In this document: positions 1 to 9,901 of the stretch, piece by piece
Layout of the letters: each line of letters starts with the position of its first letter
Position numbering within the stretch: position 1 is the first letter of the stretch
Assembly (NCBI GenBank): GCA_965262915.1
Contig: OZ253564.1
Coordinates: 192,001 to 256,000 of the forward strand
Source of the DNA: Candidatus Spongiisociaceae bacterium
GTDB lineage: Bacteria > Actinomycetota > Acidimicrobiia > Spongiisociales > Spongiisociaceae
Length of the DNA stretch: 64,000 nucleotides
Direction of reading: 5' to 3'
Notes under the pieces: model-generated
What the model was told of the DNA's origin: nothing
Databases searched by the model: none
What the model saw: the letters and a program-made list of their open reading frames with translations, nothing else
Made by a program: the position numbers and the translations under genes

Positions 1-499
1 ATTTCAGGATCGCGTTGAGTGACGCTCTTGTGAGGTCCAGCCCCGGTGGGACCTGATCGGCATACCGGACGGCCAGCCTGGTCACGATCCGAAACGACTG
101 CGGGTTCCCCTCAAAACCCTCCTCAAGACAGCGATCACGCATTGCCGTGCAGATCACGTCCTCACCGCCATGGCCGAATGGCGGGTGACCGAGGTCGTGA
201 GCAAGGCCGGCCGTCTCCACAACGTCGGGATCAGGCCCTCCGTACGCCTTCAACAAATCGGGGGATGACTTCTTGCTGAGGCGCTCGGCCATCCGGCGTC
301 CTACCTGTGCCACCTTGAGTGAGTGGGTCAGACGGTTGTGGAAGACATCACCTTCGATTGCCGACACGACCTGCGTGACCCCGCTGAGACGACGGAACTC
401 GTCCGAGTAGAGAACCCGATCGCGATCACGCTGGAACTCGCTCCGGTACTCGTCCTCTTTCTGCTCGGATCCCGAGTATCGATCCTCCCGTGCGTTCAT
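1..499 (-). CDS. dgt: dGTP triphosphohydrolase (HD-domain dNTPase), runs off the window start
   Basis: Manual translation from ATG 499 gives [73 protein letters not shown], which are diagnostic dGTPase motifs. Not in the ORF track because there is no stop in the window. Confidence 0.93.
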   Translation of the reverse strand, partial: MNAREDRYSGSEQKEDEYRSEFQRDRDRVLYSDEFRRLSGVTQVVSAIEGDVFHNRLTHSLKVAQVGRRMAERLSKKSSPDLLKAYGGPDPDVVETAGLAHDLGHPPFGHGGEDVICTAMRDRCLEEGFEGNPQSFRIVTRLAVRYADQVPPGLDLTRASLNAILK

Positions 500-750
500 C
501 GACGGACTAGACGAATGCCCTTGATCGTCGTATATAAGTGTCCGCGACTCATAAGTTCGGATACCGCTATGCACACGTGCGCGTGGCTGAACTCCGGATC
601 ATCGAGCCGACGCATCACCTCTCGCACGTTCAAGATCAGAGGTTCGTCCTCGAAGAGCTTCAGTACCCGTCGTCTACGCTCCTCGCGCGCGGCCATCGCC
701 TGCATTACTCGATACCTGCGGTTATCGCGCGCCGTGGCGGCCTGCTGCAT
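496..750 (-). CDS. Small hypothetical protein, possible winged-helix DNA-binding protein
   Basis: 84 aa; stop overlaps the dgt start (ATGA); helix-helix-helix-strand pattern ([10 protein letters not shown]...[17 protein letters not shown]). Confidence 0.6.
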   Translation of the reverse strand: MQQAATARDNRRYRVMQAMAAREERRRRVLKLFEDEPLILNVREVMRRLDDPEFSHAHVCIAVSELMSRGHLYTTIKGIRLVRR

Positions 751-775
751 GGTGGTCCCCTATCCGTAGTCGGAG

Positions 776-789
776 TTACACCAATGTAA
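776..789. promoter_or_regulatory. Inverted repeat TTACA-N4-TGTAA, candidate operator
   Basis: Perfect 5-bp arms about 26 bp upstream of the ATG at 750. Confidence 0.4.
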
Positions 790-830
790 TAACACAAGGG
801 TGTGACAGAGCGTATACGGCCGGTCTTTCT

Positions 831-1802
831 TTAGGCGCACCTGATGTCGTCGGGATCCCAGCGGAAGGAGACCGGCGGCTCACGAGAGATGCGCTCCCGC
901 GTTTTCAGCCACAGGTCCCGCCACACGCCCGGATTTCTGACGACGGACTCCGGATCGGCCTCGCTGCGGACCAACACGCTGGGCGCCCAGTCCCTGCCGG
1001 TGGGTTGGCCGACCGGTGAGTAACGAAGGTCGAAGCTCCAGCGCAGGTCGTCGCTCAGGTTCGGGAGGGAGGAGTGCACGGTCCGCCGGTGCATGAACAG
1101 GACATCTCCCGGTTCCATCTCAACCGGTACCGCTCCCGGCGGGACACGCTCCTCCGGGATGTGCAACCCTTTGGTCGTCGGTGTGTCCAGGCAGTGCAGG
1201 ATCAGGTCATCCCGATGGCTACCGGGAACCACCACGACGCATCCGGTTTCGACGCTGGCCACGGTCAGCGGGATCCAGACCGTAAGGATGTCGGTGCTGT
1301 CACCGGCCTCATGCACCACACTCTGATCCTGATGCCAGACGGTCCTAGAGATCATCGTGTTGAAATACAGTTCTTCGGGCACCAGGTGCTGCGGCGGCTT
1401 CATCCGGGCGTGCTGCACCGGGTGGACGAGGATCTCCGGACCGATGAAGGTCTCCGCTGCGTCCAGCAACCTCTCGTTGGCCAGCAGACCGAAGACCGCC
1501 GGGCCGAGATGGATGGGGGTGTCCATGGTCGTCCGGGCGCCCGGTAAGCAGATGTCCGTATACCGGAAGATCTCCCCGCCCGTATCCACGGCGAGGCGGA
1601 CCACCCGTTGGCCGAGCGGCAGGTCCGAGTAGCGATCCGAGATCACGTCATCCGCCTGCAGCCGGGCGGAGGCCTCTTCGATCAGATCCTCGTACTCCTC
1701 GAACAGCGGCAGGAGATCCGCCACGGGGTCGAGCAGGCCTCCCCAGACGACGTAACCGGCTTCCTCCAAGGCTCGTTTCCGAGTCAAATCGGTGACGATC
1801 AT
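831..1802 (-). CDS. Phytanoyl-CoA dioxygenase (PhyH) family Fe(II)/2-oxoglutarate dioxygenase
   Basis: WHQD motif, TVWIPL, VVPGSH, MEPGDVLFMH..H...N, RWSFDLRY; GGAGG RBS before ATG 1802. Confidence 0.9.
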   Translation of the reverse strand: MIVTDLTRKRALEEAGYVVWGGLLDPVADLLPLFEEYEDLIEEASARLQADDVISDRYSDLPLGQRVVRLAVDTGGEIFRYTDICLPGARTTMDTPIHLGPAVFGLLANERLLDAAETFIGPEILVHPVQHARMKPPQHLVPEELYFNTMISRTVWHQDQSVVHEAGDSTDILTVWIPLTVASVETGCVVVVPGSHRDDLILHCLDTPTTKGLHIPEERVPPGAVPVEMEPGDVLFMHRRTVHSSLPNLSDDLRWSFDLRYSPVGQPTGRDWAPSVLVRSEADPESVVRNPGVWRDLWLKTRERISREPPVSFRWDPDDIRCA

Positions 1803-1946
1803 CGTGGCCTCCAACCGCTTTTCCCAGGGACCGCAACAGGCAAGGTGCCGGCAACCCGTCGACCCGATGCCCTCGCCCTGGTCCATGCGAATCGTAGTGA
1901 GAAGGTACACGGAGAGGTATGTGTCTCGCGAAGAATATGCCACGCG

Positions 1947-2164
1947 AAGGGGTTGACCCCGTCACAGTCATGTCGCGCTATGGGTATTGCCAAACACCGC
2001 GCGGTCTCGAACCCGACGTCATTCGACCGCCCGAGGGATCATCGAATCTCGGAACGAAGTCGCCTCCTGCAGGCAGGACAGGACGCGTTCCGAGCCCAGG
2101 CAAGGTGGTGGCGGGGGTGGGCCCGGAGGGAAGGCCGGCGCCGGCTGTTTTCGCGACCTGAGGG
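1947..2164 (+). repeat. Dispersed intergenic element, copy 1
   Basis: Collinear similarity to 30925-31141 (minus strand) and 23366-23638. Confidence 0.7.
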
Positions 2165-2309
2165 TCTGCTGTAGCCCACCCGGCTGGCAAAGGCGTCCAA
2201 TCCTGACTGCGCCGGGCGTCTTCGGATCCCCGCTGGGGTCAAGCGTCCGAGGGCTACACTCGGCCACCGGCGGCGAGGCATTCCTACAGGATCCGGACCG
2301 TCCGAGCCC

Positions 2310-3821
2310 TTGTTTCCCCCAGAGGTCGCCAACTTGCTCCCATCTTCCATAGCCGGGCATCTCGACGGTTACCTGCAGGACCGGCGCGCAGCGGATGTGC
2401 TGGTCGTCGGAGGGGGAACGGCGGGATTCGTGGTTGCCATCGCCGCGGCCCGAAACGGCGCCGAGACCATCCTCGCCGAGTACCTGCCGTTCCTGGGAGG
2501 AACGCATGGGGGCGGAGCGATGGTGATGGGGACCATCGGTTTCCGGCCGACCGGCGAGAGCAGCCATCGGGTGGAGGCGGCGGGTGAATTGATGGTAGGC
2601 GGCATCCCCTTGGAGTACTACGACCGGATGCTCGCGGGGCGGGCCACGTCCGGCATCCCCGGCGATCCCAGCAATGCCTGGCCCAAGGACCTAGAGATCA
2701 GCAAGGTCGTCATCGAGGAGATGGTCTCCGAAGCCGGGGCGGACATCTGGTTCATGACCCAACTCGTGGATGTCATCGTCGACGACGGCGCGGTCGTGGG
2801 CGCCCTCGTCACCAGAGGAGGCGGTCTGGTGCGCATCGACACCCGGGTCATCGTCGATGCCAGCGGCGACGGCATCGCCTCGGTTCAGGCAGGCGCCCGC
2901 TACGAGGTCGGAAGGTCGAGCGACAACAAGAGCGAGGCCGCCACGCTGTACTTCGAGATGGCCGGTATCGACCTGGACGGCTTGCTCGACTACTTGGCGG
3001 ACCATCCGGAGGACATCAGCCACCATCACCGCAACCGGGGGGTCTCGGCGGCGACCCTCCGCCGGGACTGGGAGGCCGACGGCCCCTTCGTCGTACGTCT
3101 CGGGGTCAAATACGCCTCTTCGAGCAAGGCCGGGCTCCTCCCCACACCGGTGGGCGCCGAGCACTCGGCCCACACCGAACCCAGCCTGGGAACGTTCTGG
3201 ATGCACTGGCGGGACGGCCGGTGGGTGGCCTCGAGCTTCTCGGTCAACATGGACACCACCTACGGTCTGGACCCCCGCGACCGCGATGCCTACGACGACG
3301 CCCTCGTAGCTACCCGCCGGTTCGTACTGGACATGGTGCGCTACTACCAGGCCAACGCCCCCGGCTTCGAGAACGCCTACCTGCTGAGGTTCGCCACGTT
3401 GCTGGGGGTCCGGGAGGGCCCCCGCATCCTCGGCCGGTACCTGCTGACCGAGGAGGATGTGAGAGCAGCCTCGGACTTCCCGGATGCGGTGGGCCGGTGC
3501 GGCGTCCGGATCGATATCCATCCCGAGGACCCGGGCGGGCGGGAGTTCCTGCTCTCGGACGTGGGCGGGGAGCGCGGCTGGTACCAGATCCCCTACCGGG
3601 CGCTGGTGGCCGCCGATGTCGACGGTCTGATGATGGCCGGACGCAACATCTCGGCCGACCACGTCGCCCACGGGTCGGCCCGCCACCAGGTCACCTGTAT
3701 GATGATCGGCCAGGCAGCAGGCACGGGCGCAGCCATCGCCACCAGTCAAGGGGTGGCGCCACATGACATCGACATCACGCTACTCAAGTCCACCTTGCGG
3801 CGTCAGGGAGCGATCATATGA
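2310..3821 (+). CDS. FAD-dependent oxidoreductase (FAD_oxidored family)
   Basis: DVLVVGGGTAG Rossmann motif, VDASGDG, YQIPYRAL, AGRNISADH; start position uncertain. Confidence 0.88.
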   Translation: MFPPEVANLLPSSIAGHLDGYLQDRRAADVLVVGGGTAGFVVAIAAARNGAETILAEYLPFLGGTHGGGAMVMGTIGFRPTGESSHRVEAAGELMVGGIPLEYYDRMLAGRATSGIPGDPSNAWPKDLEISKVVIEEMVSEAGADIWFMTQLVDVIVDDGAVVGALVTRGGGLVRIDTRVIVDASGDGIASVQAGARYEVGRSSDNKSEAATLYFEMAGIDLDGLLDYLADHPEDISHHHRNRGVSAATLRRDWEADGPFVVRLGVKYASSSKAGLLPTPVGAEHSAHTEPSLGTFWMHWRDGRWVASSFSVNMDTTYGLDPRDRDAYDDALVATRRFVLDMVRYYQANAPGFENAYLLRFATLLGVREGPRILGRYLLTEEDVRAASDFPDAVGRCGVRIDIHPEDPGGREFLLSDVGGERGWYQIPYRALVAADVDGLMMAGRNISADHVAHGSARHQVTCMMIGQAAGTGAAIATSQGVAPHDIDITLLKSTLRRQGAII

Positions 3822-3851
3822 ACGGCTTCACGAGCCCGGACAGGACTCCCG

Positions 3852-4652
3852 GTGCTAGGTGACCTGAGCGGCCGGACCGCGGTCGTCACCGGTGCCGGAG
3901 GGGGCCTGGGCAGGGCGATGGCGCTCGCCCTGGCCGAGTACGGCGCCCGGGTGGCAGTGACCGACCTGCACGAGACCCGGGCCCGGGAGACCGCCGGCCT
4001 GCTGCCCGGCGACCCGCTGGCCCTCGAGCTCGATGTCACCTCGCTCGAATCCGTTTCGGCGGGCGCCGAGTCAGTAATAGAGGCTATGGGACCACCCCAC
4101 ATCCTGATCAACAATGCCGGTATCGCGTCCGCCACCATGGGACGGGAAGGCGCCCTCGACCGAGACGAGGACTGGACCGCCATCCTGCTGGTAAACATCC
4201 AGGGCACCGTCCGCTGCTGCGAGGCTTTCCTCCCCGGCATGAAGGAGAGACGTCGGGGAAAGATCATCAACGTCGGCTCGATGGCCGGTCATGCCGCCCG
4301 CCAGATCGGCGGTGCCTACGCCACCAGCAAGGCCGCCATCCTCCGATACACCAAGGGCTTGGCGGTCGAGGTAGCGCCGTTCGGGATCAACGTGAACGCA
4401 GTCTGCCCGGGCGCGGTGTGGACACCCCTCCAGGAGCGGGGCATCGCCTACCGTCAGAGCCAGGACCCCGAACTCGCAGCCAGGGACCCGTACGAGGTCT
4501 TCACCTCCAACTACGCGCAGACGATTCCACTCGGACGGCCGCAGACCACCGAGGAGGTCGGCGCGGCGGTCGTCTTCCTGGCTTCGAGCGCCGCCGACAG
4601 TATCACCGGACAGTGCCTGCACGTGGACGGTGGCGCCATCCTCCGGGATTGA
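3852..4652 (+). CDS. SDR family oxidoreductase
   Basis: TGAGGGLG, NNAG, YATSK, ITGQCLHVDGG. Confidence 0.92.
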   Translation: MLGDLSGRTAVVTGAGGGLGRAMALALAEYGARVAVTDLHETRARETAGLLPGDPLALELDVTSLESVSAGAESVIEAMGPPHILINNAGIASATMGREGALDRDEDWTAILLVNIQGTVRCCEAFLPGMKERRRGKIINVGSMAGHAARQIGGAYATSKAAILRYTKGLAVEVAPFGINVNAVCPGAVWTPLQERGIAYRQSQDPELAARDPYEVFTSNYAQTIPLGRPQTTEEVGAAVVFLASSAADSITGQCLHVDGGAILRD

Positions 4653-4689
4653 GTGGCCTCGGGGCGGCGAGGGTGAGAGGGGAAGCTCC

Positions 4690-5811
4690 ATGAAGACAGT
4701 CGGCCTCAGGTTCTCCTCGTACCGATGGCAGAGACCTCGCCCGATCCACAACGGGCTGTTCACCTACTCGGAGGCGTGCGTGGGGCTGGTCGAGATCGAG
4801 ACCGACGAGGGCATCACCGGATACGGCCTGACCACCGATCCCCTCATCGGGAACGGGAACCTGATCATCTCCGAGACGATCCGCACCCTGGCCCCGGTGA
4901 TCCTCGGGCGCGATCCGCTGCGCAACGAACACATCTGGGCCGATCTGTGGCGGCCCAAGCTCATCGGGCGCCGTGGCCTGACCACGAGGGCGATCAGCGC
5001 CGTGGACATAGCCCTTTGGGACATCAAGGCCAAAGCCGCCGGCCTGCCGCTCGACATACTGCTCGGCGGGTACAGGGACCGCATACCCGGCTACGTCGCC
5101 GGTGGCTACTACGAGGAGGGCAAGGGTATCGGCGAGCTGCAGGAGGAGGTGTCCGGGTACGTGAGCCTGGGCGCCAAGGCGCTGAAGATGAAGATCGGGG
5201 GTATGCGGATACGTGAGGACGTGGAACGGGTCGCAGCGGTTCGGGATGCGGTCGGTCCCGACATCGACATCCTGCTGGATGCAAACGGCGCATACATGGT
5301 GTTCGACGCCATCAAGATCGCCCGCGCCCTCGAGCCGCTCGACATCTTCTGGTTCGAGGAACCCATACATCCGGAGGACTACGAGGGGCTGGCCCGGGTG
5401 GCGCACAGCACCACCATCCCCATCGCCGCCGGGGAGAACGAGTACACCAAGCACGGCTTCCGTGACCTGATCGAGCGGGGCGCCGTCAGCATCCTCAACG
5501 CCGACGCCCAGATCCTGGGCGGCATCACCGAGTTCATGAAGGTGGCGGCGATCGCCCAGGCGCACAACATCCCGATCGCCCCGCACGGTCACCAGCACAT
5601 CCACACCCCGCTGGTGGCGGCGATACCCAACGGGCTGATCATCGAGTACTACCCGTCGTCGGTGGTACCGGGAGCGACCGCCATGCTGCGCCGGACCGTC
5701 GGCTTCGACAGCGACGGCTACGTGCGGCCGCTGGAGGATCCGGGCCTCGGCATCGAGATCGACCCCGATGTACCGAGCGAGCTGCACTTCGAGATGGGCC
5801 TGTCGCCCTGA
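4690..5811 (+). CDS. Mandelate racemase/muconate lactonizing enzyme family (enolase superfamily)
   Basis: SAVDIALWDI, KMKIG, LLDAN, WFEEP, GENE, APH. Confidence 0.92.
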   Translation: MKTVGLRFSSYRWQRPRPIHNGLFTYSEACVGLVEIETDEGITGYGLTTDPLIGNGNLIISETIRTLAPVILGRDPLRNEHIWADLWRPKLIGRRGLTTRAISAVDIALWDIKAKAAGLPLDILLGGYRDRIPGYVAGGYYEEGKGIGELQEEVSGYVSLGAKALKMKIGGMRIREDVERVAAVRDAVGPDIDILLDANGAYMVFDAIKIARALEPLDIFWFEEPIHPEDYEGLARVAHSTTIPIAAGENEYTKHGFRDLIERGAVSILNADAQILGGITEFMKVAAIAQAHNIPIAPHGHQHIHTPLVAAIPNGLIIEYYPSSVVPGATAMLRRTVGFDSDGYVRPLEDPGLGIEIDPDVPSELHFEMGLSP

Positions 5812-5847
5812 GGACGCCACCGGACGGATTCGAGATGGAGAGGCAGG

Positions 5848-6978
5848 ATGGCTGACCGGATCGAACGCATCGACGTACGGATCGTCTCGGTCCCGCTGCC
5901 GGTTCCCGTGGCGTGGTCGAACGTGCGGGTCTCCGAGCGGGAGTACGTGCTGGTGTGGATCCATACCACCGACGGAGGCACCGGCGTTGGTTTCACGGTA
6001 GGTTCCCGGTTCCGGGGCGGCGCGGCCGTGATCCGCTCCGCCATACAGAACGCCTTGAGCCCGGTCATCGTGGGGCGGGATCCGGCGGAGATCGAACGGT
6101 TGTGGGAGGACATGGCGTTCGAGACCCTCCTGCTGGGCGCTCGGGGAGCGGTGACCCGTGGCCGCTCCGCGGTCGACATCGCCCTATGGGACCTGCTCGC
6201 CAAGCGAGCCGGCCTGCGCCTCTGCGACCTGCTCGGCCGGTACCGGCTCCGGGTACCCGCCTACGCCAGCGGCGGCTACTACTACCACGACGACCCGGAG
6301 CGGGACCTCGAGAATCTCGAGGAGGAGGTGAGGCGGCATGTCGGGCTGGGCTTCGGGGGCGTCAAGATCAAGATCGGTCGGCTCCCGATCCGGGACGACC
6401 TGCGGCGGGTCGAGCGAGTACTCGAAGCGGTCGGACCGGGGGTGAAGGTGGCGGTGGACTGCAACCACGCCTGGCCCGACGCATCCAGCGCCATCCGCAA
6501 CCTGCGTCACCTGGACGATCTGGGGCTGTGGTGGATCGAAGAGCCGGTCCTGCCCGACCGCATGAAGGCCTCGGCTCGGATCGCCGCGGCCCTCACGACG
6601 CCGGTGGCGACCGGGGAAATCGAAGCCGGCCTCGCCTCCTTCCAGCGACTCATCGACATGGGGGCCGCCGGCATCCTCCAGCCCGACGCCACGGTCGTGG
6701 GCGGGATCACGGAATGGGTGAAGATCGCCCATGCGGCCGAAGCCCAGGACATGGTCCTGGCCCCGCACTGGGTACCGGACATCCACGTCCATCTGGGCGC
6801 GGCCACCCCCAACGTCGAGGTGCTCGAGTACTTCCACGCCGGGGTGGGGGTTCTCAACTTCGAGAGCCTCCTGGAGGAGACCCTGCGGTTCGAGAACGGT
6901 GAGCTCCTGGTCCCGCCCCGTCCCGGGCACGGGATCAGACTCGACAAGGATGCGATAGACAGATTCGAGGTGCAGTGA
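5848..6978 (+). CDS. Mandelate racemase/muconate lactonizing enzyme family (enolase superfamily)
   Basis: SAVDIALWDL, KIKIG, VDCN, WIEEP, TGE, QPD, APH. Confidence 0.92.
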   Translation: MADRIERIDVRIVSVPLPVPVAWSNVRVSEREYVLVWIHTTDGGTGVGFTVGSRFRGGAAVIRSAIQNALSPVIVGRDPAEIERLWEDMAFETLLLGARGAVTRGRSAVDIALWDLLAKRAGLRLCDLLGRYRLRVPAYASGGYYYHDDPERDLENLEEEVRRHVGLGFGGVKIKIGRLPIRDDLRRVERVLEAVGPGVKVAVDCNHAWPDASSAIRNLRHLDDLGLWWIEEPVLPDRMKASARIAAALTTPVATGEIEAGLASFQRLIDMGAAGILQPDATVVGGITEWVKIAHAAEAQDMVLAPHWVPDIHVHLGAATPNVEVLEYFHAGVGVLNFESLLEETLRFENGELLVPPRPGHGIRLDKDAIDRFEVQ

Positions 6979-7760
6979 TGCCAGACTGGGGCTTGGTCGG
7001 CAGCGTGGCTCTCGTGACGGGCGCCGCCGGTGGCATCGGACAGGTCATCGCCAACCGGCTTGCCGAGGCCGGAGCGCGGGTGTACGCGAGCGACATGGTG
7101 CCCGAGGGCGTGGACCAGGGCGAGACCGGCCTGATCGTCCCGATCGAGCTGGACGTGACAAACTGCCATGCCGTCCGCGAAGTGATCGGGCGCATCGCAG
7201 AGGAGTCAGGGAAGCTGGATGTGCTGGTCAACAACGCCGGCCTCATCAGGCCCGCCGGCCTGTTCGAGTTGACGGAAGCCGACTGGGACGTGACGCTGGA
7301 TGTCAACACCAAGGGTCTGCTGTTCTGCACCCAGGCCGCCGCCGTGGTGATGCGAGCCTCGGACGAACCCGGCCCGGCGGGCCGGTCGATCGTGAACATC
7401 GCCTCCACCGCCGGGCGGGACGGGCGCACCATGTCCCCTCCCTACGCCGCCAGCAAGGCCGCCGTCATCAACATCACCCGCTCGACCGCCCGGATCCTTG
7501 CGCCGGACGGTATCCGGGTGAACGCGGTATGCCCCGGCGTCGTCGACACCGCCTTCAACGCCCGCCTCGGCGAGCAGTTCGCCCCGGCGGAGGGGATGGA
7601 ACCGCGGGCGTGGGTCTTACGACGAGCGGAGCACATACCAATGGGCAGGCTGGCGGACCCCGACGAGGTGGCGACCGTGGTGCGGTTCCTGGCGTCGTCC
7701 TACGCCTCCTACGTGACAGGCCAGTCGATCAACGTCGACGGCGGGCTCTTGATGAACTAG
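6975..7760 (+). CDS. SDR family oxidoreductase
   Basis: TGAAGGIG, NNAG, YAASK, VTGQSINVDGG. Confidence 0.92.
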   Translation: MMPDWGLVGSVALVTGAAGGIGQVIANRLAEAGARVYASDMVPEGVDQGETGLIVPIELDVTNCHAVREVIGRIAEESGKLDVLVNNAGLIRPAGLFELTEADWDVTLDVNTKGLLFCTQAAAVVMRASDEPGPAGRSIVNIASTAGRDGRTMSPPYAASKAAVINITRSTARILAPDGIRVNAVCPGVVDTAFNARLGEQFAPAEGMEPRAWVLRRAEHIPMGRLADPDEVATVVRFLASSYASYVTGQSINVDGGLLMN

Positions 7761-8589
7761 GGCGTGTTCACCTAAAGTTACACTGATGTGATATCATTAC
7801 GATATGACAATAACACAAGAACAATACCAACTCATAGTAGACGTGTTCCCGAAACCCCGCGGTACCGTCAAGGTATCCAACCTCCAAGCCCTCAACGGCA
7901 TCCTGTACGTACTGGAGCACGGCTGCAAGTGGCGGGCGCTTCCCGAACGGTTCGGGAACTGGCACACCGTTTACATGCGGATGAGCCGCTGGGCGGCCAG
8001 CGGCGTCTTGGACCGGGTGTTCCAGCGTCTACAGCAGGAACAGCTCATCGACCTCGAAGTTCTGGGCCTGGACAGCACGTCGGTCAAGGTTCATCCCGAC
8101 GGCTGTGGTGCTCTCCGAAAGCGGGGTCCCCAGGCCATCGGTCGCTCCCGGGGAGGGTTGAACACCAAGATCCACATGGTCGCGGCCAGCGCTTGTAGCG
8201 CCGTCTTATTCGCTCTTTCCCCAGGTCAGGACCATGATGCTCCCCATGGGCGGGAGCTCCTCAAAAAGATGGGCCCACGAAAAAAGGAGCAGGAAGGGGA
8301 GCAGCTAGAGCTGTTCCTGGTAGCGGACCGCGCCTATGAAGGGGACGAAACACGGCAACTGGCCGTCGCTCTGGGCTACACGCCGGTCATCCCACCCCGA
8401 AGCAACCGCCGCCACCCGTGGGACTACAACCGTCCGATATACAAGCGACGGAACGAGGTCGAACGGCTCTTCCGACGGCTCAAAGGCTACCGGCGTGTCT
8501 TCACCCGCTACGACAAACTCGACGTGATGTTCCTAGCATTCATCACCCTCGCGCTCATACACGACACGCTCAGAAACGTGAACACGCCC
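7760..8589 (+). mobile_element. IS5-family insertion sequence (IS427-like)
   Basis: Terminal inverted repeats GGGCGTGTTCAC / GTGAACACGCCC, flanked by duplicated (C)TA(G); inserted at the SDR stop codon. Confidence 0.88.
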
Positions 8590-8592
8590 TAG
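7804..8592 (+). CDS. IS5-family DDE transposase
   Basis: GCKWRALPERFGNW, LDSTSVKVH, IGRSRGGLNTKIH, ADRAY, YKRRNEVERLFRRLK. Confidence 0.93.
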   Translation: MTITQEQYQLIVDVFPKPRGTVKVSNLQALNGILYVLEHGCKWRALPERFGNWHTVYMRMSRWAASGVLDRVFQRLQQEQLIDLEVLGLDSTSVKVHPDGCGALRKRGPQAIGRSRGGLNTKIHMVAASACSAVLFALSPGQDHDAPHGRELLKKMGPRKKEQEGEQLELFLVADRAYEGDETRQLAVALGYTPVIPPRSNRRHPWDYNRPIYKRRNEVERLFRRLKGYRRVFTRYDKLDVMFLAFITLALIHDTLRNVNTP

Positions 8593-8686
8593 GTGCCAGG
8601 TGCCAGGTGCCAGGTGCCAGGTGCCGGTTGCCGGTTGCCGGTTGCCGGTTGCCGGTTGCCGGTTGCCGGTTGCCGGTTGCCGGTTG
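8592..8686. repeat. Heptamer tandem repeats (GGTGCCA)n followed by (GGTTGCC)n
   Basis: Directly visible. Confidence 0.9.
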
Positions 8687-8688
8687 TT

Positions 8689-9864
8689 CTATGGCCACCT
8701 ACCTGAACCCGCCACCTCATTCGCCAAGTCGAGAACCGTGACCGCTTCGATATCCTCGGCGATCCTATAGCGCTCGTCGCCTGGGTAGACGACGAACTTG
8801 GCTTCGGGGCGCACGTCTTGGCTGCCGCTGTGAAAGCCCTTGCGTGGTCGCGGGTCGAGGCTGCGCTTGACCTCGATTGCCCAAGGCTCTCGGCCGGGCA
8901 GCGTCAGGATGAGGTCGATCTCGGCCCCGCCCGACGAGCGGTAGAAGCTCGCCTCGGCACGGTTCGGCGCGACCGACAGGAGGGTCTCGATCACGAACCC
9001 CTCCCAACTCGCGCCGACGACGGGGTGACCGACGATGTCCTCCTTGGAGGCCAGACCGAGCAGGGCGTGCAGGATGCCGCTATCGCGGATATACACCTTC
9101 GGCGATTTGACCAGACGCTTTCCGACATTGCGGCGCCATGGCGTGAGGCGGCGCACCAGTAGAAGGTCCACCATGAGGTCCAGGTACCGGGAGACCGTCT
9201 TGCCGGACACGCCAAGACCACGTGCGAGGGCCGCCGCGTTGAGGATTCCTCCCTGCGTGTGACCCAGCATCGCCCAGAAACGCCTGAGCGTCTCGGCAGG
9301 AATACGGGGGCCGAACTGGGGGACGTCTCGTTCGAGGTACGTCCGTATGAAGTTCTCCCGCCACTCGAGGCTCCTGCGGTCGTCAGCCGCCAGGAAACTG
9401 TCAGGGAAACCACCCCGTACCCAGAGCGCATCCTGGTTGCTTTCACCGACCTCCAGCACGTCGAACGGACCGAGTTCGAGGTATGCGATACGGCCGGCCA
9501 GCGTCTCGCCGGACTGCCGCAACAGATCCATGGAGGCGGATCCCAGCAGGAGGAACCGCCCTGCTCGCCTCCCTCTCCGCCTCCCGCGGTCGATGAGGCC
9601 GCGCAGACTCTGGAACAGGCCCGGCAGGCGATGGACTTCATCGAGGATTACCAGCCGGTCCTCATGATCCGCGAGATACAACTCGGGATCGAAGAGCCTG
9701 GCGAGATCGGCGGGGGATTCCAAGTCGAGGTACACCGAGTCCACGACCTCGGCGATTTCCAGGGCGACGGTCGTCTTACCGACCTGCCGCGGTCCGATCA
9801 GGGCGACAGCCGGGTATTCCGCGAGCAGGTCGTGGAGCCTTGCATGCAAGCGACGGCCGATCAT
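8689..9864 (-). CDS. AAA_14 ATPase with DUF4143 domain
   Basis: GPRQVGKT, ILDEVH, LLGSAS, GGFP, KSPKVYIRDSG, EIDL...AIEVK. Confidence 0.92.
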   Translation of the reverse strand: MIGRRLHARLHDLLAEYPAVALIGPRQVGKTTVALEIAEVVDSVYLDLESPADLARLFDPELYLADHEDRLVILDEVHRLPGLFQSLRGLIDRGRRRGRRAGRFLLLGSASMDLLRQSGETLAGRIAYLELGPFDVLEVGESNQDALWVRGGFPDSFLAADDRRSLEWRENFIRTYLERDVPQFGPRIPAETLRRFWAMLGHTQGGILNAAALARGLGVSGKTVSRYLDLMVDLLLVRRLTPWRRNVGKRLVKSPKVYIRDSGILHALLGLASKEDIVGHPVVGASWEGFVIETLLSVAPNRAEASFYRSSGGAEIDLILTLPGREPWAIEVKRSLDPRPRKGFHSGSQDVRPEAKFVVYPGDERYRIAEDIEAVTVLDLANEVAGSGRWP

Positions 9865-9901
9865 CCTTGTAATTATGGACTATCGTGCCAGAATTGCAAG
9901 G
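9865..9901. promoter_or_regulatory. Inverted repeat CCTTGTAATT-N17-AATTGCAAGG directly upstream of the AAA/DUF4143 start
   Basis: 10-bp arms with one mismatch. Confidence 0.45.

Noticed and set aside
1979-2174. Trp-rich leader peptide (RWWRGW) as a tryptophan attenuator
   Set aside because: No trp genes downstream, no clear terminator, and frame and start codon are not conserved among the three element copies; kept only as an alternative hypothesis
2691-7432. Long antisense ORFs over the catabolic genes (e.g. 2691-3764, 4603-5964)
   Set aside because: Typical high-GC shadow ORFs opposite well-supported genes
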